Positions 1-11,229 of a stretch of 64,000 nt of DNA are shown piece by piece (position 1 is the first letter of the stretch; every line of letters begins with the position of its first letter). The position numbers and the translations under genes were made by a program. Origin of the DNA: Octopus vulgaris (lineage: Eukaryota); the NCBI GenBank assembly GCA_951406725.2, contig OX597835.1, positions 11,222,001 to 11,286,000 on the forward strand, in the 5' to 3' direction. The notes under the pieces are model-generated. The model was given only the letters and a program-made list of their open reading frames with translations, was not told the DNA's origin and did no database searches.

Positions 1-101
1 TGGAGCCTGGTGTAGCCATCTGGTTCGCCAGCACTCAGTCAAAATCGTCCAACCCATGCTAGCATGGAAAGCAGACGTTAAACAATGATGATGATGATGA
101 T
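1..101 (+). mobile_element. 3' end of RTE-LINE-derived repeat with (GAT)n tail
   Basis: GTCCAACCCATGCTAGCATGGAAAGCAGACGTTAAAC followed by (GAT)n. Same as the 3' end of the RTE copy at 59190-60392. Confidence 0.8.
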
Positions 102-258
102 GATATATATATATATATGCACACACATATATACATGCATATATGGGTACAGAACATCACCAGCAGTGCAAATAACAGGAAATACATAAACAAATGAGTT
201 AAATATGTAAGCAGCAAGAAAAAACAAATGGAAAGCAGGACAAGTAAACACAGAGAAA

Positions 259-323
259 GGATGCTTCATAAGTTGTTGGCTGTCTATCTACTCCTCATTT
301 CAAGCATCCAACGACAATATGAG
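259..323 (-). ncRNA. Hammerhead-ribozyme-like motif, permuted strand order, probably inactive copy
   Basis: Minus strand reads CTCATA-TTGTCG, GGATGCTT-GAAA-TGAG, CAACAA-CTTATGA-AGCATCC. Three complementary helices surround hammerhead core residues. The core has CUUAUGA instead of CUGAUGA. Confidence 0.45.
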
Positions 324-483
324 TCTCCAAAGACAGTTGCTCCCGTAAATTCTAAAATAGAATTTAGGATTTACAGAGGGTCAAAGTTGGGAACAAAAAG
401 AGGAGACCTACAAGGAAGGTTGTTAGACCAGAACAAGAGGAACAAACTCATTTAGGGCTAACAGATACATTTGTAAGGGTTAA

Positions 484-692
484 CCCTTTCGTTACCAACC
501 CGGCTGAAACTGGCTCTGACTCTTTAGTATAAATGTCTTGTTTTCATAAGTTTTGAATTCAAATCTTAGTTAAAATGTATGTTCCTAACACTAGCTGAAT
601 GATAACTAAGTTAACATACTAAATTCTTTGTTATATTTAAAATAATTGAAAGAAACACAAAGCATCTCAACAGAAATACAGTAATGAAAGGG
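484..692 (+). mobile_element. piggyBac-type MITE (about 210 bp)
   Basis: TTAA|CCCTTTC...GAAAGGG|TTAA termini. Related copies at 20468, 44045 and 44287. Confidence 0.8.
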
Positions 693-1074
693 TTAAGGAT
701 AAAAACTACTTTTAGGGTTACTAGATATGTTTAAGGCTTATAGAGGCATTTATAATTACTAGACGGAATAAAGGCTGGCAGGGATCGTTTGGGGTTGATG
801 GAAGTAATTAAAATTCATTGATACAGGAGAGTATTGTAGTTTGCTTGGAGCATTGTGTATTGTTTGAGAAGAATAAAATGTTTTGAATGACACAGCAATG
901 CACTATTATACAAATATTGGGCTGTAATAACTGTTGTAATTTAATCATCCGTAGATATGATACTCCCTAGTGGTTGCAAACTCAGCCTGGCCCAGGCGTA
1001 GAGATAGGGGAGTGTTGATATACTTGTGCTAATAACATTGTGAAAAGGGGACACTACATAATTTTCATGTCACT

Positions 1075-1395
1075 CATTAGCATTCAGTCAGTTACGATGC
1101 CACGTGTACCAGTTGACCTGATCAATGAAACAGCTGGTTCATGAAATTAACATGCAGGTGACTGAGTACTCCTCAGACTCCCTTAACATAAGTTCTCAGG
1201 GAGATTCATTATGATACAGAATGACACGGCTGGTCCTTTTGAATTAAAAGTACAACTCATTGTTGCCAGGTGAGTGCAGTGGAACAACATGAAATAAAGC
1301 GACTTGCTGAAGGACATAATGCGTCGCTGGGAATTGAACTCACGGCCTTGTGATTGTGAGCCGAATACTCTACCCACTAAGCCACGTTGCCTTCA
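1075..1395 (-). mobile_element. tRNA-derived SINE (decayed)
   Basis: Minus strand has A-box-like TGGCTTAGTGG and B-box-like GAGTTCAATTCC. Its 3' part resembles the SINE at 50958-51280. Confidence 0.65.
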
Positions 1396-1969
1396 TTAAT
1401 TTTTATGTATTTCAAGTGCAAAGACTCATCATCAGAAGTGAAAGTATTAATGAAATATAAGTCTATGTAGCCCCAGCCATGTTGAGTGTTACTGGGGAAG
1501 GGAAAGGCAGGAATAGGTGGGGTTGTTTGTGTTTACAATTTCTTGTTTTGTATTAAGAATATTTGCCCTAACATTTGCTCTCACTTTCAATCATGTTTCC
1601 TCGTCTGTTTTCTGTGTTTTATTTTTTCTTTTGATACCCCCACCCCCACCCCAGCATCCTCAATTTTCATGTTTCGTATCAAAACACCTCTCAGTGCCAG
1701 TGACAGTCATCTTACCTGTTATTTTACCTGTCAATACCTGTTCTAGTATGAATCAATTCCATGTTTTCCAGTTAAAAATTTAAACAACAGCCATCAAGTA
1801 TATTCTCTCACCTGTCTCAACTCTCATCTCATTCGCCTTGGCTTTCATCTCACCTGTCAATTATTTTTCGTGACGTTACTTGCATTCTCCTCTTCTAATC
1901 TCATATTTCCTACAAACATGCATTTCACTCGTCTCTCTTTCTCTCTGCCTATTCTTGTCTGTCTGTCCA

Positions 1970-2026
<57 letters not shown>

Positions 2027-2191
2027 ATTTCTCTATATGTATATGCTTATTTCATATATATATATATATATATATAACACATATATTTATAGCTATATCT
2101 ATCTATTTATCTATCTCTATATATATATTCATAATTAATATATATATATATATAACACATATATTCATAGCTATATCTATCTAATTATCTA

Positions 2192-2254
<63 letters not shown>

Positions 2255-2318
2255 TCATAATTAATATATAACACATATATTTATAGCTACATCTATCTAT
2301 CCATCGATGTATATGTGT

Positions 2319-2364
<46 letters not shown>

Positions 2365-3145
2365 ATAGTACTACCAGCATGTTAAATATAGCAGTCTAAA
2401 TTATCAAACACAAAGATGAAAGCAGGGAAATATGAATAAAAATCCTAAAATCCTAAGGGAAATGAATAAAAATCCTAAATCCTAAGACGAAAATAATGAA
2501 AAATTGAAAAAACCCAAGCATAACTGTATCACCATGATATTCTTATATACATGCATACATACACACACGCACACTCATACACACACACACACACACATAT
2601 GATGATATATAAGTATATATATATATGTAGGGAGAATTCATAAAAAAACAAAAGACAAAGACAGGTAGTATAGACAACAAACAGATGTATTAGTATAACA
2701 CTTGAAAAGTGAAAAAGTCTTTAATGTTTTGGGCCTACGCTCTTCCACAGAAAGGAACACAGAAAGAAACAAGGAGAGAAAATGTTATATATATATATGT
2801 GTGTGTGTGTGTGCGTGCGTGTGTGTGTGTGTGTATACGACTGGCTTCTTTCAGTTTCTGTCTACCAAATCCACTCACATGGTTCTGGTTTTCCTGAGGC
2901 TATAGTAGAAGACACTTACCCATGGAGCCACGCAGTGGAACTGAACCCAGAACCACGTGGTTAGGAAGCAAGTTTCTAGCTACACAATTTCTGCCTTTCT
3001 GTTTCACTCTCTCTCACCCTCTCTCTATATTCACCTCTATCCATTCATGCACCCTCACTCTCTGTCCCTTTCTCCCCCAGTTTTACACCCTCATTCCTTA
3101 TCCTCTGCTTTCTCTTGCAAATATTTTCCAAAAACTGCCACCTCT

Positions 3146-3422
3146 CACCACCACCACCACCACCACCACCACCATCACCACCACCACCACCACCACCACC
3201 ACCACCATCACCACCACCACCACCATCACCACCACCACCACCACCACCACCATCACCACAACCACCACCACCACCACCACCATCACCACCACCACCATCA
3301 CCACCACCATCACCATCACCACCACCACCACCATAACCACCACCACCACCACCACCACCACCACCACCACCACCATCACCACCACCACCACCATCACCAC
3401 CACCACCACCATCACCACCATC

Positions 3423-3454
<32 letters not shown>

Positions 3455-3456
3455 TA
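3146..3456 (+). repeat. (CAC/CAT)n trinucleotide microsatellite
   Basis: Seen directly. Source of the poly-His/Thr/Pro ORFs. Confidence 0.95.
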
Positions 3457-3676
3457 CCCTCATCACTCCATATATATATCTTCCTCCCAGCTGACAGTTT
3501 CCATGGTAGCGAAGGGTACAATTCTGGGATGTGTAGATTTTAATTCCATTGAATGGAATGGTCGCAATCAGATGAGTAAACAAAAGAAAGAACCACCATT
3601 CTTTGGTCTTTTCTGTTGTTGTTGTTGTTGTTGTTGTTGTTGAGACCGTCCTTCAACCCGAAGCAGGTTTACTCAC

Positions 3677-3785
3677 CATTTCCCGTCTTTCTTTTTGTTG
3701 TCTTATTAAATGTGCCACCGCTGCCGCCACCGCTTCCACCACCGCTGCCACCACCGCTTCCGCCACCGCTGCTGCCGCCTCTCAT
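3677..3785 (-). CDS. Candidate first coding segment of a nested antisense gene (exon 3921-3677), Gly/Ser-rich N-terminus
   Basis: Acceptor TTTTTTGTTTACAG| at 3922 and donor AATG|GTGAGT at 3676. ATG at 3785 is preceded by in-frame stops. Encodes MRGGSSGGGSGGGSGGGSGGGSGGTFNKTTKRKTGN with mixed Gly codons in a GC/CpG-rich patch. No homology recognised. Confidence 0.45.
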
Positions 3786-4229
3786 CCCATTGTCGGAACT
3801 AAGCAAGCAACGTTGGCGGCGATGCCAATGTTGTTTTTTTGCAACAAAGTTTCTTCACTACCTATCAATTAATAACGTTCTGAAGACTTCTCCTGAGCAG
3901 CAGTTCCCAAAACTTCACATTCTGTAAACAAAAAAACACACACACACACACACACACACACATGCACAAAACAAAAAAACAAAACAAAAAAAAACAAAAA
4001 AAGAATTAAAGAATTAAAAAAAAAGAAAAGAATGAAAGAACGAACTTAAAAGAAGGAAGAAAAATAAAGATAAATGGAAAATTCTTGGCTGAAAGTAAAT
4101 ATTTGAATGTGGTTACATTTATCACCTCTCGTATCCTTTTTGCGTATTATTTTTTTTTCTCTATTTCTGCTGTTGTAAGCACAAACATGCATATATAACA
4201 TTTGTACGTGCTTATCAGTGTATAAATGT

Positions 4230-4265
<36 letters not shown>

Positions 4266-4290
4266 ATAGTTGTGTAATTAAGCCGTTTAC

Positions 4291-4364
4291 TTCACAAGCA
4301 CATTCTTCCCAGTTTGGTCTTCTTGCGTGGCTTCTTCTTCAACATGCGTTTTCTGTTACAGCTT
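4291..4364 (-). other. Possible upstream non-coding exon of the nested antisense gene
   Basis: Acceptor TTGGTTTCCCCCCAG| and weak donor AA|GTAAAC. All three frames are closed. Contains a short ORF MLKKKPRKKTKLGRMCL*. Confidence 0.2.
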
Positions 4365-4648
4365 CTGGGGGGAAACCAATGTCTTTTGAGTGAAATCCAG
4401 TTGACAGTTACAGTAGCAAAGTTTGCCATAGGTATATTTATATGTGTATGGTATGTGTATGTGTGTGTTTGTATGCATGTGCGTGTGTGTGTGTGTATTT
4501 GTGTGTATTTCTGCTGATGTTTATGTCCCAAATCCTAGGAGTTTCAGAAACTGGTCTGGATAAAATAAGTATACCTGGCTTAAAATAAAATACTGGTATT
4601 GATAAACCATACAAGATATGCTCCAGTATGGCTGCAGTTCAGTGACAG

Positions 4649-4679
<31 letters not shown>

Positions 4680-4680
4680 T

Positions 4681-4889
4681 ATCAACAATCAAGGAACGGC
4701 CATAATAGGCCATTCACCCACTAGAAATAACAGCCAAAGCTTCAACCGCAAATAAAAGTTAATTCTGTAAACCAGGAGAAAATTTAAAAAACATCTGGTT
4801 TACAGAATTAACTTTTATTTGTGGTTGAAGCTTTGGCTGTTATTTCTAGTGGGTGAATGGCCTATTATGGCCGTTCCTTGATTGTTGAT
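4681..4889. repeat. Near-perfect inverted repeat (95-bp arms, 19-nt spacer) in an element bounded by (TA)n
   Basis: 4681-4775 is the reverse complement of 4795-4889 with one G-T pair. Confidence 0.9.
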
Positions 4890-5261
4890 GTTAAACTTAA
4901 AAATGGTCTATGACTATTTAATTTTTTCCTACTAGGCCGCTGGTGGCAAAAGAATTCTACAAAATTTTTTTTGCCACCCTATATTGATTAATTATATATA
5001 TATATATATATATTGGCCTGCTCGCTTAGCCAGCGGGGTGGCGTCATTCGAAGGCTAAAACAATGCGAACGCATTGTGACCAGCGATGTGTAACTACATC
5101 CGATGGTTTGGTCGGTCACGTGATCACATGATATATATATATATGTATATTTTTTATGTTCTTATTGCTCTCCATCATTGAACTGCAGCTGTGACCGTGT
5201 GTGTATCGTTGGCGATTTTTTTTCCTCCGTCTTCCCTTCCTTGGATCTTTCCTTTTCCTAT

Positions 5262-5296
5262 GTTTCTGATGAAGAGCTCCACTCGAAACATTAAAC
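5262..5296 (+). ncRNA. Minimal type I hammerhead-ribozyme-like motif (Penelope-type)
   Basis: GTTT-CTGATGA-A-GAG-ctcca-CTC-GAAAC-ATT-AAAC: stem I GTTT/AAAC and stem II GAG/CTC. The host segment 5150-5400 is flanked by (TA)n. Confidence 0.6.
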
Positions 5297-5395
5297 CCTC
5301 CTTCTTTCTTTCGCATCCTGAACATCCAATAACTCTATACTTGTTCCACGTCCTCGCGTTGTTGTGTTTCTCTTTGTGTTTTCATGTTTGTATTA

Positions 5396-5445
<50 letters not shown>

Positions 5446-5906
5446 TAAAATAAGTGTAGAAATTGATATTAATCAATTAAAACCAGTGGCTTAGCATATT
5501 TTAAAAAATCCAAAGATTAAAAATTGTGTTACATACAAATTTTAGAGGACTGACCACTAAAAGTGGACAGCCTATATGCTCAACATAGACGCCAATCCAT
5601 GCTTGTACAAGTTAGATGATGTTTATTGAGGAAGATTTGGTGGTTAAACCCCGCTTGTCACAATGCATTTCACCACATAGTTGGAACCTTCAGACACTGC
5701 CCTCCAACTGGTCAGGTATGGAGGGTGAACATCCTCTTGCTGCAGGGTTAACCATATGCAGTTAAGTGGACAGGAATAATGTGAGATGAAGTGTTTTGCT
5801 CAAGAACACAACATACTGCCAATCTAGGAATTGAAAACCTGATCTTGTGGTCAAAACCCTAACTACAAGGCCACATATTTTCACTATATATATATTTGTA
5901 TATATA

Positions 5907-7467
5907 CAGGGTGTGATGAGCAAATTGTTGCCATTCTGTATTTTAAATTTCATGCATGTGCATTGTTTTTGATTTTGTCGACTACACAGTATAGTAGGGT
6001 CAGTTGGGCACAGTCTGAAAAAACCAGCTCCATGACACAATTCACTCTGCCAGAAATTTGGAAATGACATGCTGTACTTCTTGGCATTCAGGCCAGAGGT
6101 GCCAACACAAATATTTCAGAGTGCTTAGGTGTCAATCTGAGGACAGTGCCAACACAAATATTTCAGAGTGCTTAGGTGTCAATCTGAGGACAGTGCAGAA
6201 GATTTGGAGAGAGTTGGATGACTCTAATGGTGATTACGAAGGTACAGCAGCTCAGAAAACTCATTCTGATTGTTCTGATAAGAAATGAACTTGTGAATTT
6301 CTTGGTGAGATCCAGGCCATGATTGACAATGATCCCTCCAAGTCAACCTTATCCATCACGAGTGATATGATAGTGTCTGAGTTTCTTATTAGGCAGGTAG
6401 TGCATGAAGGCATTCAGTATTCCTCATACAGGATGAGAAAGGGCCAATTTTTATCCTAAGGACAAGAGGAAAGACTGCCCTCTGGAGCTTTTGAACAAAC
6501 TCAAGCATCCCCTCCAACTGACTCTGGTTTGGTTTTTCTCAGATGAGAAAAATTTCAGTCAGGATCAGATGGTGAACATGTAGAACAACTGTTGGCTTGC
6601 CATTTCCCCAAAACATGTCCTGAGAATGGTAAAAATCAAACATCCAGTCAACATCATGGTGCTTGAAGAGATCACTAGTGATGACAATGTTATGCTTCTT
6701 TCCATCTTCTCACATGGCCTCAGACACAGAGACCTACATCAAATGCCTGGAGGAGGTAGTGCTGCTCTGGGGCAAGAGGGTGGCTGTTGGATGAACTGAA
6801 GATGAGGGCAAGAATTATGGCAGCATCCACCAATTTAAACAAGAGGTGACTATCCAAAAGAGTTGCAGGATTTTCCAAAGTCATCTGGAGGCTGTGGTTG
6901 AAGCCAATGGTGATTTGATTGAATAAATTTACTCTTTAGTATTTCAAGATATTTTTATGTAATTTTGGTAAATATTTCTGTTAAAATGAGATAGACAGAA
7001 TACCAAACGAGTTCCCTATGGATACCGTATTTATTACAACGAGGGGCTTGTAAACGTATCTAACTCGCTTTCGCTCGTTAGATACGTTTACAAGCCACTC
7101 GTTGTAATAAATACGGTATCCATAGGGAATGAGTTTGGTATTTTATTTATTACACACGAATAAATGACCATATTTTATTAACCCAATAACTAAATTCTTC
7201 ACGTTTAGTTGTAACTTATGAATGACAAAAGTAGTGCCGTCACCGTGACCTCGGGTCATCACCATGAATTGACCAATCAGAAGCAGCGCTGTCACCGTGA
7301 CCTCGGGTCATCACCATGGATTGACCAATCAGAAGCAGCGCTCACAGTATCTGACATATGTTAGATACCAAAAATATCTCAAAGTGTTCTCACTCACATG
7401 TGTGTAATAAGTCAGTGTTATTTGCATTTGTGTGTAATTATGACAACAATTTATTCACTGTACTCTG
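5907..7467 (+). mobile_element. Decayed Tc1/mariner-superfamily (maT/DD37D-like) transposon with nested insertion
   Basis: TA|CAGGGTGTGATGAGCAAATTGTTG and degenerate inverse CAACAATTTATTCACTGTACTCTG|TA. Transposase remnants include ISECLGVNLRTVQKI, WFFSDEKNF and HLEAVVEANGDLIE*. Internal 47-bp tandem duplication near 6100-6195. Confidence 0.8.
6992..7410. mobile_element. Non-autonomous palindromic element (Crypton-like) inserted in the transposon
   Basis: Hairpin 6999-7142 with loop TCGCTTTCGCTC. Inverted TTATTACACAC (7147) and GTGTGTAATAA (7400). Two 52-bp tandem units at 7239-7342. Family assignment is inference. Confidence 0.55.
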
Positions 7468-7782
7468 TATGTATATATATATATATTATTATTATATATA
7501 TATATATATAAATGTGAGTCTGGAGGGATATATTATCTGGGTGGATACTGTGGTGGTTCTCGGTTAAGTTCCAGTTTATGACTAACCGACTAACCACATT
7601 GATCAGTATTTAATGTCCATAACTGTCAGTCACTCTGTGAATTCCTCCGATGGGTAATTCCATGTTTGCTTTGCCGAATGGTAATATTATACCTTGCTGT
7701 ATAGAATTGTAAAAGGAGAGAATATAAATTTTGGGCATGAACAAGTCTCAATGCTCTTTATAATTATTACTATCACACACAC

Positions 7783-7813
<31 letters not shown>

Positions 7814-8551
7814 AGAACAAAGCAACAAGAATGGATCAATATTTCGGTACAATTGTTTCGTACGATTATTTATAATCACCCTGCATTATCTTATGGTTAA
7901 CACCATATAGATTTCTGGTGCATCTAAGTTAAGTACCACATTCATGTGAATTCAACAGAACTCACTTGAATCTTAATTGCTTTTATATATATATATATAT
8001 AATATATATATATATGTCGGTATGTGTCTGTGTGTATTGATGTATGTTTATATAATATTTACATATTAAATGATTAGTCGTCCAATCATTTCTTAATTAC
8101 TCATTTCCTCCTGCTTCCCCACTCCCCTCCATTTACTCTTTTGTGATCTGTTGGGTCCCATTCTTTGGAATTTTGATATAGTTTTACATGTGTTCATATT
8201 TCATTCTCCATTAGTATTTCGTTAGCTAATTAAGTTATTGAGTCGTTACTTCGCTTTTAACAATATAAATGTAGAAATATATAAGATAACCAAAAATTCT
8301 CATTAATCACGGTTTCAAATTTTGACACCAGGCCAGCAATTTTTTGGGTGGGGGAGTCAATTTCATCGACCCCTGTGCATAACTGGTACTTATTTTTTTG
8401 ATCCAGAGCAGGATGAAAGGTAAAGTCAACCCTGGCAGTATTTGAACTCAGGATGTAAAGACAGACGAAATGCCACTAAGCATTCTACCCAACATGCTAA
8501 CCATTCTGCCAACTCACTGCTTTAATAATAGCAATAATAATAATAACAATG

Positions 8552-8582
<31 letters not shown>

Positions 8583-8584
8583 TG

Positions 8585-8635
<51 letters not shown>

Positions 8636-10082
8636 TTGTTATTATTATTATGATTATTATTATTATTATTGTTGTTGTTGTTGTTGTCGTTCCTACTCTC
8701 CATGCTCCCCTTCGCCTTCCCTCATCTCCCCTTCCCTCGTCTCCCATTCCTTCCTCCTTCTCCCATCCCCTCTTTCTTCCCCATCCCTTCTTCTCACTTC
8801 TCCCCCCTCTGTCTCCATGATACTTTCTCTTGCTGTGTAACATTATTTTACTCTTTGTCTGTCACCAAGCCTCAACCTGCACCTCTTATGTTAACTCTCT
8901 CCATATCTCTTTCTCTCTCTCTCTCTCTCTCTCACGCTCTCTCTCTCTCTCTCACGCTCTCTCTTTCTTCCTCTCTCCCTCCACTTCTCTCTTTACAATG
9001 TAAAGCATGACCAAAGTTTTTCACCCAACCAACCAACCAACCAACATTTATATCAACTGTTATTAAATCGAGATGATCTGACTCACCCCCAGCCTGTGGC
9101 CCAGTTCAACCAGACTGAAACCATCATCATCATTACCATCATCAACATCAACAATAGAAAAATGTTTGATCTGATGAGGAAGCCTCTATGTAGACTTTCA
9201 ATCTGCTAGAAATAATAGCACCAACTATCTGAAATTGTACCCCCACTGTTATAAATAATGACAAATACATTGGACAATGTAGTGCTTGATACATGTGAAA
9301 AAGACGGGATGGTCATGGCCGGAATACCTTGATCATATTTCTGCTCAATGAAGGACGGGGTTAAATGCCATCTGCAACATTATGCCTCCTCCCCTTCTCT
9401 CACTACCTCCACTACCACCAACACCACTACCCCAGCACCTTCATCGTAATCATCTTCACCATCACTACCAATTCTTTAACTCTGAACTCCATTCTCGCTA
9501 TTCAAATGAGATGAGAATCAATTTTGTTGAGAGGAAAAAGAGTTACAGTCCTTTTCTTAGTTTTGTATTTTGTATTTTTTCTTTATTTTATTTTATGTTG
9601 TTTTTTTTAAAAAAATTTTATTTTACTTCATGTAAAATAAATACTAAAACTTTTAAAGGCAGATCAAATTCTTTGAATTGAAGAGATTAGAAGAATAGGA
9701 TGGGCCTTTTGGAGAATAATTGCAGAGTAAGGCAAAGGGAGGGAGACAGAAGAGGAGACATTTGATAATATTTTGTCTTTTGTTTCAAAAGAAAGAGGCA
9801 TTCAAAATGGACATTTCTTTCTTTGCAGCTTTTTTGGTAATTTAGAAGTCGGTGGCTATCGTGTTTTGAAAAGGAATTCTAAAGCTTTGAAGGCTACAAA
9901 GAAAAACAGGGGTTAGCTTGGTAAACTTGGCAGGAAGAATATTATCTTCATACTTTTGGAGGTCTGTGGTAGTTTATAGAAGTTAGAGGCTGAAGAAAAT
10001 GTGCAAAACTATTGAAAATTGATAGAAAATACTGGAAACTGGCGTCTATTGAGATTACTACCGTACACATACCCACACACCC

Positions 10083-10121
<39 letters not shown>

Positions 10122-10229
10122 TATATTGGTAATGGTTTTTCTTCATAGATAATCTTATTAAGCTTAGATAAAGCTTAGATATTGGTGTCTGGTTTTGGGA
10201 GGTTCCGTGGCATAAATGAGGGAGTTTAA

Positions 10230-10462
10230 GGCAGCGAGCTGGCAGAAACATTAGCACGCCGGGTGAAATGCGTTACCCGCATTTCGTCTGTCGTTACGTT
10301 CCGAGTTCAAATTCCGCCGAGGTTGACTTTGCCTTTCATCCTTTCGGGGTCGATAAATTAAGTACCAGTTACGCACTGGGGGTCGATGTAATTGACTTAA
10401 TCCCTTTGTCTGTCCTTGTTTGTCTCCTCTGTGTTTAGCCCCTTGTGGGTAATAAAGAAATA
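10230..10462 (+). mobile_element. tRNA-derived SINE family A, full length
   Basis: GGCAGCGAGCTGGCAGAA head, GAGTTCAAATTCC B-box, core GCCTTTCATCCTTTCGGGGTCGATAAATTAAGTACC and tail AAAGAAATA. Flanking duplication ATGAGGGAGTT. Confidence 0.85.
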
Positions 10463-10579
10463 TATATGAGGGAGTTCCGAAGAGTTCCTGGTTTCAAGGC
10501 TACTGCAAAAGGCCTGGTTGGAGGTCCCACCTTCTGACTTCTTTTACAGGGCTTAGAAAAATTAAAGACTTGCTGCAAT

Positions 10580-11170
10580 AGGTGCAGGAGTGGCTGTGTG
10601 GTAAGTAGCTTGCCTACCAACCACATGGTCCTGGGTTCAGTCGCACTGTGTGACACCATGGGCAAGTGTCTTCTACTATAGCCTTGGGCCGACCAAAGCC
10701 TTGTGAGTGGATTTGGTAAATGGAAACTGAAAAGAAGCCTGTCGTATATATGCAGGAGTGGCTGTGTGGTAAGTAGCTTGTTTACCAACCACATGGTTCC
10801 GGGTTCAGTCCCACTGTGTGGCACCTTGGGCAAGTGTCTTCTACTATAGCCTTGGGCCGACCAAAGCCTTGTGAGTGGATTTGGTTGGCGGAAACTGAAA
10901 AGAAGCCTGTTACACATCTGCGTCTCTTCGTGTCTGTGTTTGTTCGCACCACCACCACCACCGCCACCACCACTTGAAACCGGTGTTAGTGTGTTTACAT
11001 CCCCGTAACTTAGCAGTTCAGCAAAACGAAACTGATTGAATAAGTATCAAGCTGAACAAAAATAAATAATTAAATAAATAAATAAATAGGTACTGGGGTT
11101 GATTTGTTCAACTAAAGGACCTTCAAGGTGGTGCCCCAGCATGACCTCAGTCCAATGACCGAGACAAATA
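10580..11170 (+). mobile_element. tRNA-derived SINE family B with duplicated head
   Basis: GCAGGAGTGGCTGTGTGGTAAG...GGGTTCAGTCCC...TTGGGCAAGTGTCTT head occurs twice (about 10582 and 10752), followed by the family 3' part. Confidence 0.8.
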
Positions 11171-11229
11171 AATGAGTAAAAAGAGTAAGGTGGTGCCCCA
11201 GTATGGCCTCGGTCCAGTGACTGAAATAA

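Noticed and set aside
2922-3643. Poly-His/Thr/Pro/Gly ORFs
   Set aside because: Pure (CAC)n microsatellite, open in most frames, with no splice context.
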